From Alphaproteobacteria bacterium (GTDB taxonomy: Bacteria > Pseudomonadota > Alphaproteobacteria > Micavibrionales > UBA2020), in NCBI GenBank assembly GCA_046314385.1, contig JBKBWZ010000001.1, positions 863,991 through 927,990 of the forward strand: DNA of 64,000 bases, in the 5' to 3' direction. Made by a program: the position numbers and the translations under genes. The notes beneath the pieces were generated by a model. It saw only the letters and a program-made list of their open reading frames with translations. It was not told the origin of the DNA and made no database searches. This document shows, piece after piece, positions 46,470 through 56,427 of the stretch (position 1 is its first letter; each line of letters begins with the position of its first letter).

Positions 46470-47114
46470 ATGTGGGATTTTAAGGGAAAATCGTTTCTGC
46501 ACGGGCTGCGCGACCACAAAGACAACGTGCCGACGCCGCGCAAGGGCTGCGATGTGCCGGGCTGCCAGCACACGGGGGAATACCGCGCGCCCAAATCACG
46601 CTATGACCTGCGCGATTATTTCTGGTTCTGTCTCGACCATGTGCGCGAATACAACGCGAACTGGGATTTTTTCAAAGGCATGAGCCCGGGCGAAATCGAA
46701 CATCACCTGCATAAAACCGCCGTCTGGGACCGCCCGACATGGCGCATGACCGAAGCCGGATTGGTCGAGGAGCGCACGCGCGAAAAAATCTACGCCCATT
46801 TCGCGCGCGGCGAAGCGGTCTTTGGCGAATTCACCATGAACGGCGACAGCGAAGAGGGCGAGACGCGCGAACGCGACGCCCGCATCGATATCGGCAGCCT
46901 GCCGCACCCGACCATCGAGGCGCTGGGGGTGCTCGGCCTTGCCCCGCCGGTCAGCTGGGACGAGGTAAAATCGCGTTACAAATCGCTGGCCAAGAAGTAT
47001 CATCCGGATACCAATCGCGAAACGGGCGCCGAAGAACAGCTCAAGAAAATCAATATGGCTTATACCATTCTCAAACTCTCCTTCCAAACCTATAGCCAAC
47101 TGGATGAAAGATAA
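46470..47114 (+). CDS. J-domain protein (C-terminal DnaJ domain) preceding cobS
   Basis: C-terminal J domain with HPD (YKSLAKKYHPDTN) and an N-terminal Cys/His cluster (CDVPGC...CLDH). Confidence 0.8.
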   Translation: MWDFKGKSFLHGLRDHKDNVPTPRKGCDVPGCQHTGEYRAPKSRYDLRDYFWFCLDHVREYNANWDFFKGMSPGEIEHHLHKTAVWDRPTWRMTEAGLVEERTREKIYAHFARGEAVFGEFTMNGDSEEGETRERDARIDIGSLPHPTIEALGVLGLAPPVSWDEVKSRYKSLAKKYHPDTNRETGAEEQLKKINMAYTILKLSFQTYSQLDER

Positions 47115-47119
47115 AACAG

Positions 47120-48094
47120 ATGACCGCTGCCGCACATAAAAACGTCCCCGATATCATGGTGTCTGTCCGTCAGGTTTTTGGCATCGATTCAGATATTCAG
47201 GTGCCCGCCTTTTCGAACCGCGACACCAAGGTACCGGAAATAGACGAGGCTTATCTTTTTGATAAAAACACCACGCTCGCAATCCTTGCCGGTTTTGCGC
47301 ATAACAAACGTGTGATGATTCAGGGCTATCACGGCACCGGCAAATCGACGCATATCGAACAGGTGGCGGCGCGGCTCAACTGGCCCTGCGTGCGCATCAA
47401 CCTCGACAGCCATGTCAGCCGCATCGACCTGATCGGCAAAGACGTCATCGCCCTGCGTGACGGCAAACAGGTCACCGAATTCAAAGAAGGCATTTTGCCC
47501 TGGGCGCTGCGCAATCCTGTGGCGCTGGTTTTTGACGAATATGATGCGGGGCGTCCCGATGTGATGTTTGTGATCCAGCGTGTGCTGGAATCCTCCGGCA
47601 AGCTGACCCTGCTTGACCAGAACGAGGTGCTGCACCCGCACCCCGCCTTCCGGATTTTTTCAACCGCCAATACCATCGGCCTTGGCGACACCACCGGCCT
47701 TTACCACGGCACGCAGCAGATCAACCAAGGCCAGATGGACCGCTGGAACATCGTCGCCGCGCTAAACTATCTGCCGCCGGAGCAGGAAATCGATATCGTC
47801 CTCGCCCGTGTCCCTGCCTATAAAACCGACGAAGGCAAAAAAACCGTCGCCGCCATGGTGCGTATGGCGGGGCTGACGCGCAAAGGCTTTATGGCGGGCG
47901 ACCTGTCGACCGTCATGTCACCGCGCACCGTCATCAACTGGGCGGAAAATACCCAAATTGTGGAAGACCTCGATTTTGCCTTCACGCTCACCTTCCTCAA
48001 TAAGTGCGACGAGCTGGAACGCGCCATCGTCTCTGAATACTATCAACGCTGTTTCGACCGCGCACTGATACAAACGGCGGGACAGCTGTTTTGA
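47120..48094 (+). CDS. cobS: CobS-type AAA+ (MoxR-like) ATPase
   Basis: QGYHGTGKSTHIEQVAARLNWPC block and VFDEYD (Walker B). 324 aa. Confidence 0.88.
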   Translation: MTAAAHKNVPDIMVSVRQVFGIDSDIQVPAFSNRDTKVPEIDEAYLFDKNTTLAILAGFAHNKRVMIQGYHGTGKSTHIEQVAARLNWPCVRINLDSHVSRIDLIGKDVIALRDGKQVTEFKEGILPWALRNPVALVFDEYDAGRPDVMFVIQRVLESSGKLTLLDQNEVLHPHPAFRIFSTANTIGLGDTTGLYHGTQQINQGQMDRWNIVAALNYLPPEQEIDIVLARVPAYKTDEGKKTVAAMVRMAGLTRKGFMAGDLSTVMSPRTVINWAENTQIVEDLDFAFTLTFLNKCDELERAIVSEYYQRCFDRALIQTAGQLF

Positions 48095-48103
48095 TAGGCT
48101 AAA

Positions 48104-48388
48104 ATGAAGGCATGCTTTGTATACATCGTTTCGAATTGGGACAACCGCGTCATTTACACTGGCGTCACAAGCGAACTGCAAAAACGTGTCTGGCAGCATA
48201 AGAACAAACAAATTGATGGCTTCACACAAAAGTATAACATCGGAAAGCTCGTTTACTACGAACATACTGAGAACATCGAAAGCGCCATTCTTAGAGAGAA
48301 GCAAATTAAAAAATGGCGCAGAGAGAAAAAGAACGCCCTGATCAGAACAATTAATCCAGAATGGCGGGATTTGTACGAAGACTTATAA
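48104..48388 (+). CDS. GIY-YIG nuclease-family small protein (94 aa)
   Basis: FVYIVSN...VIYTGVT...R..QH...E..IK.W motifs. A hand-counted 60-nt line is ~35% GC, versus ~58% in backbone genes. Confidence 0.85.
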   Translation: MKACFVYIVSNWDNRVIYTGVTSELQKRVWQHKNKQIDGFTQKYNIGKLVYYEHTENIESAILREKQIKKWRREKKNALIRTINPEWRDLYEDL

Positions 48389-48398
48389 ACCACAACAC

Positions 48399-48487
48399 CC
48401 TGTCATCCCGACAGAGCGCGCGAGCGCGACGAGGGATCTTAAACGGCAGCCACCGCAGATCCCTCGCCTTCGGCTCGGGATGACAGG
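48399..48487. repeat. Imperfect long inverted repeat/hairpin downstream of the GIY-YIG ORF
   Basis: Outer arms CCTGTCATCCCG / CGGGATGACAGG and inner arms CGAGGGATCT / AGATCCCTCG. Confidence 0.7.
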
Positions 48488-48517
48488 AAAAGAAATAGAA
48501 AAATAGAAAACCAGATA

Positions 48518-50368
48518 ATGACCGATCAGCACGACCCGATAGAAAATTTCAAGAGCGCGACGCAGTCAACGGCACGCGCGCTGTCGGGGCGTGATGATCT
48601 GGATGTCAGCTTTAGCGGGCATATCGCCGAAGTGCACGATGCCAGCATCCGCCTGCCCGCCCTGCCGCGCGAGATGACCGAGGAAGATACGCGTTTTGTG
48701 CGCGGTCTGTCGGATGCTTTTGCCCTGCGCCTGCGATACCACGATGCCCAATTGCACCAGCGGCTGCTGCCCGCCGATGCGCAGGCGCGCGCGGTTTACG
48801 ACGCGCTGGAGGACGCACGGATCGAAGCCATCGGCACCGCCGATTATCCCGGCGCCGCCGCCAATATCGAAACCACCTTGAAACGCGAAGCCAAACGCCT
48901 GCGCCTGCATCTGGCCAAAAGCATGGAGGATGCCCCGCTGTCCGAAGCGCTGCGGCATTTGTCGCGCGAAGCCTTTACCGGCCGCCCGATCCCGACAGAG
49001 GCCGCCAAGACCGCAAAAATCTGGCGGCAATGGATACGCGAGCATCTGGGCGAGGACGGGCTGGAGACGCTGCGCGCCGCGCTGCAAGATCAGGAAAAAT
49101 TCGCACGGCTGGCGCAGCAGATGATCGAGCGGATGGAGATGGTCTCCACCCCCGCCGAGCCGCCGCGCAACCCCGAAGACGGCGATAGCGACGAAGACGA
49201 TGATGCTCAAGGCGCCGATACGCCGAATGACGAGAGCAGCCAAAGCCCGCCCCCGATGGGCAGCGCCGAAGACAGCGATGCGGGCGATAGCGCCGAACAG
49301 CAAATCGATGCGCAGGTCGGCAATGACCTTGACGAAATGGATGACCCGAGCGCAACGTCCGAAGACGAACAGCCGCGCCGCAACGACCCGAAAGGCGACA
49401 GTTTCGACACGTTGCAGGGTGATTATAAAATTTATTGCACCCATTTCGACGAAGTGGTGCAGGCCAAAGACCTCTGCGATACCGAAGAGCTGCAAAAGCT
49501 GCGCAAAATGCTCGATAAACAGCTGACGCAGCTGCACGGTGTTATCACACGCCTTGCCAACCGCCTGCAACGCAAACTGATGGCGCAGCAAACCCGCGCA
49601 TGGCAATTTGATCTGGAAGAAGGCATTCTCGACAGCGCGCGCCTTGCCCGCGTTGTCACCAACCCGCTTGTGCCCGTCAGCTATAAGCAGGAAAGCGAAA
49701 TTGATTTTCGCGATACCATTGTAACGCTATTGATCGACAATTCAGGCTCGATGCGGGGCAGACCCATCACGATTGCCGCCATGTCCACCGACATTCTGGC
49801 GCGCACGCTGGAGCGCTGCGGCGTCAAGGTTGAAATTCTCGGCTTCACCACCCGCGCGTGGAAAGGCGGGTCATCACGCGAACGCTGGCTGGCCGATGGC
49901 AAACCGCAGCATCCGGGCCGCCTCAACGACCTGCGCCATATCGTCTACAAAGGCGCCGACAGCCCGTGGCGGCATTGCCGCGCCAACCTCGGCCTCATGC
50001 TGCGGGAGGGATTGCTCAAAGAAAACATCGATGGCGAGGCGCTGCTCTGGGCCTATGAACGCCTGATGTATCGCCCCGAACAGCGCAAGATCTTGATGGT
50101 CATTTCCGACGGCGCGCCGGTAGACGATTCCACCCTCTCTGCCAATCAGGGCAATTATCTTGAAGAACACCTGCGCCGCGTCATTCATTACATCGAAAAC
50201 AAATCGCCGGTACAGCTGCTGGCGATCGGCATCGGCCACGACGTCACCCGCTATTACGAACGCGCCGTCACGCTGGTCGACGCCGAAGAGCTCGGCGGCG
50301 CGATCACCGAGAAACTGGCAGAACTTTTCGACGAAAAGCAGCCCTCCCGAAAAAGAAAACGCGGGTAA
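48518..50368 (+). CDS. cobT: CobT-type vWA-domain protein
   Basis: 616 aa with an acidic central region and a C-terminal vWA ([11 protein letters not shown]). Partner of cobS. Confidence 0.88.
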   Translation: MTDQHDPIENFKSATQSTARALSGRDDLDVSFSGHIAEVHDASIRLPALPREMTEEDTRFVRGLSDAFALRLRYHDAQLHQRLLPADAQARAVYDALEDARIEAIGTADYPGAAANIETTLKREAKRLRLHLAKSMEDAPLSEALRHLSREAFTGRPIPTEAAKTAKIWRQWIREHLGEDGLETLRAALQDQEKFARLAQQMIERMEMVSTPAEPPRNPEDGDSDEDDDAQGADTPNDESSQSPPPMGSAEDSDAGDSAEQQIDAQVGNDLDEMDDPSATSEDEQPRRNDPKGDSFDTLQGDYKIYCTHFDEVVQAKDLCDTEELQKLRKMLDKQLTQLHGVITRLANRLQRKLMAQQTRAWQFDLEEGILDSARLARVVTNPLVPVSYKQESEIDFRDTIVTLLIDNSGSMRGRPITIAAMSTDILARTLERCGVKVEILGFTTRAWKGGSSRERWLADGKPQHPGRLNDLRHIVYKGADSPWRHCRANLGLMLREGLLKENIDGEALLWAYERLMYRPEQRKILMVISDGAPVDDSTLSANQGNYLEEHLRRVIHYIENKSPVQLLAIGIGHDVTRYYERAVTLVDAEELGGAITEKLAELFDEKQPSRKRKRG

Positions 50369-50369
50369 A

Positions 50370-51131
50370 ATGAAAAACCAGGCGATATTATTTGCCCTAA
50401 TCCTTCTATCCTTTTTTGCTCCACTTCGCGCGCAGGCCGCACCGCTTGAGGTCGAGAATCTCGGCCCGATTTACCCACGTCTCGAAGAAGAATTATACCT
50501 CCTTAAAATATCATCCGAAGGATTTCTGGCTGACCACATACATTATGCCGCTACAGACAGACACGGAAATATTGTCGCCCTCACCCCTAAAGTCGGTCGT
50601 TTAACACATAGATTAGAGTGTATGCCGAATGAGGGTTGTCTCCTGTATAACCTTTGGCATGGCGAGAAAGCCATATGGGATTTCAAAACCGGACTGCCTC
50701 TTCAGGAAAGAAATTCGCTGTTTGCTCAAAACCTAGACAAAGAAACAGCCCAATACCGTCAGGACTGGGAAGATTTCATCATCCGCGGAAAAGGCGCACG
50801 TATAGAAACCCTCTTCCTGCAAGATGTCCTCGATAGACCCTTCGGCGTTTTTCAGCTTGTTCCTGCGCAAAATGTACGTGCGAATTTTTTTGCCGCTTGC
50901 ACCCTCATGATTCTAATGCTTGCCGGCTATTATGGGGCTGTCCGCGCATGGACAACAAAGAATGTCGCCCTGCAGGCTCTCAGTTTTGCGAGTTATGGTT
51001 TGAGCTTTATTTTTGCCTGCGCCTTGATTGATATGGCCTTAACCATTACGCCTTTTCACTTCGGTGCCTTGGTATTGGCCTCGGCCTTCGGCTTTTACCG
51101 CCTCAGCAATAGAGCGCACAAAACCAACTGA
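50370..51131 (+). CDS. Hypothetical exported/membrane protein (253 aa)
   Basis: Signal peptide (ILLSFFAPLRAQA) and ~3 C-terminal TM segments. The ATG is 1 nt after the cobT stop. Hand-counted lines are ~48% GC. Confidence 0.6.
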   Translation: MKNQAILFALILLSFFAPLRAQAAPLEVENLGPIYPRLEEELYLLKISSEGFLADHIHYAATDRHGNIVALTPKVGRLTHRLECMPNEGCLLYNLWHGEKAIWDFKTGLPLQERNSLFAQNLDKETAQYRQDWEDFIIRGKGARIETLFLQDVLDRPFGVFQLVPAQNVRANFFAACTLMILMLAGYYGAVRAWTTKNVALQALSFASYGLSFIFACALIDMALTITPFHFGALVLASAFGFYRLSNRAHKTN

Positions 51132-51194
51132 TTTTCCTGTTTATTCCCCTCGCCGCCTGCGCTAAAATCGCGCTCAACCCAGAGGGCGCCTGAT

Positions 51195-52538
51195 ATGTCT
51201 GAACAGCACAAAGTCTATAAACCCAAACCCGTCAGCGGCTTTCCCGAATGGCTGCCGGAGTACCGCGCGGTGGAGCTTGCATGGCTGGACAAAATCCGCG
51301 CCGTTTTTGAAAGCTACGGGTTTTGCAATATCGAGACGCCGTCGGTCGAGGAAATCGAAGCCCTCTCCGCCAAAGCCGGCGAGACGGAAAAGGAAATCTA
51401 TACCCTCACCCGCCTGCAAGCCGATGATGGCGAGAGCAAAGAAGCCCGGCTTGCGCTGCATTTCGACCTGACCGTGCCGATGGCGCGTTATGTGGCGCAG
51501 CATTTCGGGCAACTGGTCTTTCCGTTCAAACGCTACCAGATGCAAAAATCGTGGCGCGGGGAGCGCCCGCAAAAAGGCCGCTACCGCGAATTTTATCAAT
51601 GCGACATCGATGTCGTGAACATTGACGATCTGCCGCTGCATTTCGACGCCGAACTGCCCGCCGTTTTGTTCGAAGCCTATCAGGCGCTCGGCATTCCGCC
51701 CGTCGAACTGCGTATCAGCAACCGTAAAATGCTGGTCGGTTATCTGCAGGCGCTTGGCGTCAACGATACCACCGTCGTCACCCGCGCGCTTGACAAACTG
51801 GACAAGATTGGCGCGGACGGCGTACTCAAAACCCTCGCCGAGGATGGCATCCCTGCCGATGTCGCGCAAAAATCACTTTCCTTCGTAGAAATCAAAACGC
51901 CCGATAGCAGCTTTGCCAAGCAGGTGCGCGCGCTGGGCGTCAGCAATGATTTGATGGAACAGGGTCTCCAAGAGCTGCAATTCGTCACCGACAATCTCAA
52001 ACACCTGCATGGCAACGGCATGGTCGCCGACCTCGGCATTATCCGCGGCCTTGATTACTATACGGGTACAGTGCTGGAAGCACGTTTCAAGGACAGCGCG
52101 GAGCATTGGCCCAAGGGCGCGCCGTCTCTGTCTATCGGCGGCGGCGGGCGGTATGATGACCTTGCGGGATCTTTTATCAACCAGAAACTGCCCGGCATTG
52201 GCGTATCGATCGGCCTGACGCGTTTGTTTGGCCTGCTGATGGATCAGGGAAAAATCACAGCGGGCAACAAATCACCCGCCGATGTGCTGGTCGTGCTGCC
52301 GGACGAAGCACGCCGCGCGGAAGCCGCCGAAACCGCCCGCGTGCTGCGCGGCCGCGGCTTCAAGGTCGAGATGTACCACCGCGACGCGAAGATCAAAAAC
52401 CAGATGGCCTATGCCGAGAAAAAAGGCATCCCCTATGTCTGGTTCCCGCCCTTCAAGGACGGCCAGCCGCACGAAGTCAAGAATATGGCAAGCGGGGAGC
52501 AGTCACAGGCCGAAGCCCCCAGCTGGCAGCCCGCCTGA
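51195..52538 (+). CDS. hisS: Histidine--tRNA ligase
   Basis: Class II motifs (FRGERPQKGRYREFYQCD, GGGRYD) plus a C-terminal anticodon-binding domain. Confidence 0.9.
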   Translation: MSEQHKVYKPKPVSGFPEWLPEYRAVELAWLDKIRAVFESYGFCNIETPSVEEIEALSAKAGETEKEIYTLTRLQADDGESKEARLALHFDLTVPMARYVAQHFGQLVFPFKRYQMQKSWRGERPQKGRYREFYQCDIDVVNIDDLPLHFDAELPAVLFEAYQALGIPPVELRISNRKMLVGYLQALGVNDTTVVTRALDKLDKIGADGVLKTLAEDGIPADVAQKSLSFVEIKTPDSSFAKQVRALGVSNDLMEQGLQELQFVTDNLKHLHGNGMVADLGIIRGLDYYTGTVLEARFKDSAEHWPKGAPSLSIGGGGRYDDLAGSFINQKLPGIGVSIGLTRLFGLLMDQGKITAGNKSPADVLVVLPDEARRAEAAETARVLRGRGFKVEMYHRDAKIKNQMAYAEKKGIPYVWFPPFKDGQPHEVKNMASGEQSQAEAPSWQPA

Positions 52539-52595
52539 CCGCGGCCAGAACAGTGGAATTTGCCCATCACCGCGCCGGCGTGCTAAAATGGTAAC

Positions 52596-53219
52596 GTGAA
52601 GACCAGAAAAACGGGGATACCCATGCTGCCTGCCCAGAAATTTTTTACCGTTCTTGCCGCCGCCGGTATCGGACTTTTTCTGTCCGCCCAATCCGCGCGT
52701 GCCGAATACGCTTATATTCACAATGATGGCGAGTACTCGGTTACGCTTCCAGATGCGCCCAGTGGCGAGACAATTTGGTATGATCACGTTGGCGATATCC
52801 CTTTTATCGAGGAACGTCCTAAATTCGGGTCGCTTGGGGAAGTCGCCAGCATGCGCCGCACAGATGCTATAACGGGTGACAGCTTCAATATAGACATTAT
52901 ATTTATCAAATCTGGACGCGATTACCTTCTGGGATTAGATGAGAAAGATCTGAGAGCTCTTTTGGAGAGAGAATACGCAAACCAGACAATCGAAAACAAA
53001 AAAATCAGCTACTCACCGGGCACGGGTACGCTGAAATGGGGCACATTTACAGGATTTTCGGTTGACCGGAACAACAATCTGATGTTCCACAGCTGCCATA
53101 TTCTGACCGGCTTCGAAACCGTCACGATGATAAAAATCGCCTTCAATGCCGAAAATGAAAAATTCGGCGAGACCTATCAGAAGATCAAAAATTCAATCAA
53201 ATTTGTGGGGACGAAGTAA
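52596..53219 (+). CDS. Hypothetical secreted protein (207 aa)
   Basis: Signal peptide ending SARA-EY. A hand-counted line is ~38% GC. The 3' end overlaps the convergent sufE by 23 nt. Confidence 0.55.
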   Translation: MKTRKTGIPMLPAQKFFTVLAAAGIGLFLSAQSARAEYAYIHNDGEYSVTLPDAPSGETIWYDHVGDIPFIEERPKFGSLGEVASMRRTDAITGDSFNIDIIFIKSGRDYLLGLDEKDLRALLEREYANQTIENKKISYSPGTGTLKWGTFTGFSVDRNNNLMFHSCHILTGFETVTMIKIAFNAENEKFGETYQKIKNSIKFVGTK

Positions 53220-53610
53220 AGCCCTTCACTCTTTCCACCATGGAAAAAAAGCCGTTGCGGCGGTTGGGGCTCAGATGCTGGTCAAGGCCGAGGCGGGTAA
53301 ACGTTTTTTCAACGTCGATTTCCGATATTTCTGCCGCCGTACGGCCTGCATAAATCGTCCGTAAAATCGCAATCAAGCCGCGGACAATCTGCGCGTCGCT
53401 GTCGGCCGTAAAAGTCAGACGTTCTGCCTTGTCCCAGCCGAGAATCATCCAGACCTGGCTCATGCAGCCGCGCACCTTGCTCTGCTCTGTTTTCAGCCCC
53501 TCATCCATCACCGGCAATTGCGTGCCAAGGTCGATCAGATAGGCATATCGGTCTTCCCAGTCCTCCAGGAAGCCGAAGTTATCCACAAGCTCTTCTATAT
53601 TCATATTCAC
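53197..53610 (-). CDS. sufE: Cysteine desulfuration protein SufE
   Basis: KVRGCMSQVWM active-site Cys block. 137 aa. Confidence 0.88.
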   Translation of the reverse strand: MNMNIEELVDNFGFLEDWEDRYAYLIDLGTQLPVMDEGLKTEQSKVRGCMSQVWMILGWDKAERLTFTADSDAQIVRGLIAILRTIYAGRTAAEISEIDVEKTFTRLGLDQHLSPNRRNGFFSMVERVKGFTSSPQI

Positions 53611-53761
53611 GGCCTATCTTGAGATGAAACCTCTTGCAACAAAATAATCGTAATCGCAGGTAAAAGCTATAGTTGGCAACGGGCTTAACCTGTTCTATTC
53701 TTGAACTATAAGACAAGTCGGCGGCACACAGACAAGCCGGCAATAATGAAGGGAAAAGATA

Positions 53762-55075
53762 ATGAGCAAGACCGCTTCCGGAGATTCCAAAAACACGCTG
53801 TATTGCTCTTTCTGCGGAAAGAGCCAGCATGAAGTCAGGAAGCTGATCGCCGGCCCCAACGTATTCATCTGTAATGAATGCGTCGAGCTGTGCATGGATA
53901 TTATTCAGGAAGAAGACAAAACGCAGCTTGTCAAATCCGGCAAGGGTATTCCCACGCCCAAAGAAATCAAAAAAGTGCTGGACGATTACGCCATCGGTCA
54001 GGACCGCGCCAAGCGCGTCCTGTCGGTTGCCGTCCACAACCACTATAAGCGTATTGATGAAGGCCTGATGAAAGGCAGCGATATCGAACTGTCGAAATCG
54101 AACATTCTGCTGATCGGCCCGACCGGCTCGGGTAAAACCCTGCTGGCACAAACGCTCGCACGTATCATCGACGTCCCTTTCACCATGACAGACGCAACGA
54201 CGCTGACCGAAGCAGGTTACGTCGGTGAAGACGTCGAGAACATTGTTCTGAAACTGCTGCAAGCCTGTGACTACAACATCGAACGCGCGCAGCGCGGCAT
54301 CGTCTACATCGACGAAGTGGACAAGATCAGCCGTAAATCCGACAACCCCTCCATCACCCGTGACGTTTCGGGCGAGGGTGTGCAGCAGGCGCTGCTGAAA
54401 CTGATGGAAGGCACGATGGCCAGCGTCCCGCCGCAAGGTGGCCGTAAACACCCGCAGCAGGAATTCCTGCAAGTGGATACGACGAATATTCTGTTTATCT
54501 GTGGTGGCGCTTTCGCGGGTCTCGACAAAATCATCGCCAACCGCGGCCGCAAGACCTCGATCGGCTTTGGCGCAGAAGTGCGCGGGCCGGATGAACGCCG
54601 CCCCGGCGAAATCCTGCGCGAAGTGCAGACCGAAGATTTGCTCAAATTCGGCCTGATCCCCGAGTTTGTTGGCCGCCTGCCCGTTCTGGCGACGCTGGAC
54701 GATCTGGACGAAGAGACGCTGGTCTCGATCCTGACCGAGCCGAAAAACGCGCTGACCAAGCAATATGCCCGCCTTTTCGACATCGAGGGCGTCAAGCTGA
54801 CCTTCCAAAAAGAAGCGCTGCACGAAATCGCCAAACGCGCGATTGAGCGCAATACCGGTGCCCGCGGCCTGCGCTCCATCATCGAAATCGCGCTGATGGA
54901 CACCATGTTCGAACTGCCTGGCATGGAAGGCGCCGAAGAAGTCGTTGTGACTGCTGAAAACATCCAGAACAGCACCCAGCCGACCATCGTTTTCTCGGAC
55001 AAGAAAAAAGCAAAAGACAAGGAAAGCAAGAAAAAGAAAGATGAAGGCGAAGAAGAAACCGCCGCTGCTTCTTAA
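53762..55075 (+). CDS. clpX: ATP-dependent Clp protease ATP-binding subunit ClpX
   Basis: Zinc ribbon CSFCGK...CNEC, Walker A GPTGSGKT, Walker B YIDEVDK and the IGF loop region. Confidence 0.96.
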   Translation: MSKTASGDSKNTLYCSFCGKSQHEVRKLIAGPNVFICNECVELCMDIIQEEDKTQLVKSGKGIPTPKEIKKVLDDYAIGQDRAKRVLSVAVHNHYKRIDEGLMKGSDIELSKSNILLIGPTGSGKTLLAQTLARIIDVPFTMTDATTLTEAGYVGEDVENIVLKLLQACDYNIERAQRGIVYIDEVDKISRKSDNPSITRDVSGEGVQQALLKLMEGTMASVPPQGGRKHPQQEFLQVDTTNILFICGGAFAGLDKIIANRGRKTSIGFGAEVRGPDERRPGEILREVQTEDLLKFGLIPEFVGRLPVLATLDDLDEETLVSILTEPKNALTKQYARLFDIEGVKLTFQKEALHEIAKRAIERNTGARGLRSIIEIALMDTMFELPGMEGAEEVVVTAENIQNSTQPTIVFSDKKKAKDKESKKKKDEGEEETAAAS

Positions 55076-55095
55076 AAATTGCTCTTTTTGGCTTC

Positions 55096-55130
55096 AAAAA
55101 AAACACCCCGCTCCGGCGGGGTGTTTTTTT
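55096..55130. terminator. Bidirectional rho-independent terminator
   Basis: AAAAAAAACACCCCGC-tccg-GCGGGGTGTTTTTTT between clpX and the convergent operon. Confidence 0.8.
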
Positions 55131-55138
55131 ATCTATGG

Positions 55139-55765
55139 TCAGTCAGCTGAGAACATGACAATCACAGGCACATCGGTTTCGATCCGCACCTCTCCGTTTG
55201 CCACATTCGATATGCCACGGCCAGAGAGCATGGCCAGATCAAGACAATACGCCGGATAGGCACAGGCACCGGAAAGACTCAAAACCGCGCCCGTCAGGGC
55301 AAAGACAGAAAATATTCCGTCATGCCGGAAACTCTGTGCACCGGCGGCAAAATGGCGCTGCACCACCTGCCCTGCTTGATTGTAAAATACAGCCTGTTCA
55401 AAACGGCTGCAGCGGCGCATTTCTGCATCGATTGCGCCCAAAATAGCCAGTGCATGATCGGCACGCCCACCCGTAAAACCGGAGAGGTGCAGCCGCCGCC
55501 ACATTCCCGCACGCAGAATATCCAGTGCAAATTCTAAATCTGTCTTGTCTTGTGCCGTTTTAAAAAACACCTGCATATTTGCCGGCGCCGCGCCAGAATC
55601 TCCGTCGCCAATCCAGATCCGGGGCTGTGCTGCCGCTGATATGCCGCCGTCAATCGCGATTTGCGGCATGTCGCGCGCCAGCAGCGCGGCGGGCAACGGC
55701 GCTCTGGCCATAGGCCCCACCAGCCAGAGGTCTGCGGCCGCTGCAACATCCGGCGGCAGCGTCAC
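55139..55765 (-). CDS. Thiamine pyrophosphokinase
   Basis: TPK motifs IGDGDS, QDKTDLEFAL and GGRADHALA. The GTG start overlaps the upstream stop (GTGA). Confidence 0.75.
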   Translation of the reverse strand: MTLPPDVAAAADLWLVGPMARAPLPAALLARDMPQIAIDGGISAAAQPRIWIGDGDSGAAPANMQVFFKTAQDKTDLEFALDILRAGMWRRLHLSGFTGGRADHALAILGAIDAEMRRCSRFEQAVFYNQAGQVVQRHFAAGAQSFRHDGIFSVFALTGAVLSLSGACAYPAYCLDLAMLSGRGISNVANGEVRIETDVPVIVMFSAD

Positions 55766-56427
55766 TTGCCTCGCCCTTTTTCTACAATCGCCGCGATGAT
55801 GATCTCGACGCAGGACCAAAGCGCTTCGCCGAGCGCTTCGTCAACGCCTTCGTCCTGAAAAAGCCTTTCCTGCGCAAGCTCTGCGGCATTCAGTAGCGCA
55901 CGATATGTCACAATGCGCCCGTCACCACCATAATTGGCGGTATATTCCTCTGACGCCTGCGTGCAAAGCGCGGCATGGCTGTAGTGCGGCAGCAGCGCCT
56001 TGACCGCAACCACGCGGCCCATTGCGGCGGCCGCCATCAGCGGCGTCCAGCCACTTTTGTTGGGCGCGTCAACGCGCATCCCTGCCGACACCGCGCGGGC
56101 AAAATAATCAGCGATTTCGCCGTCGTGCAGCCACTTGGCCATATACTGCGCCAGCGTCGATTCATGCGCACCACTGCTATCGTTAAGACCTTTTTGGCCC
56201 GCACCTTCCAACGCCTGCTGCAGCCAAAAAAGCGTCATCACCCGCCCTGACACCGGCGCGTTGGCCGCGGCGACATTGAAAGGCGTTTCGCCGTTGCTAT
56301 CAAAGGCATGCAGATCGGCGCCTGCCGCCAGCAGCGATTCAAGACGGGCGATATCCGCCGCACCGCGGATTTCATCGAGCACGGCGTTATGCAGCGCAAA
56401 AGGATCCATCGCTTTATCCATACTCAT
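55762..56427 (-). CDS. Ankyrin-repeat protein (221 aa)
   Basis: Repeats GADLHAFDSNGETPFNVAA and GMRVDAPNKSGWTPLMAAAAMGRVVAVKALL. ATGA overlap with the upstream gene. Confidence 0.75.
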   Translation of the reverse strand: MSMDKAMDPFALHNAVLDEIRGAADIARLESLLAAGADLHAFDSNGETPFNVAAANAPVSGRVMTLFWLQQALEGAGQKGLNDSSGAHESTLAQYMAKWLHDGEIADYFARAVSAGMRVDAPNKSGWTPLMAAAAMGRVVAVKALLPHYSHAALCTQASEEYTANYGGDGRIVTYRALLNAAELAQERLFQDEGVDEALGEALWSCVEIIIAAIVEKGRGK

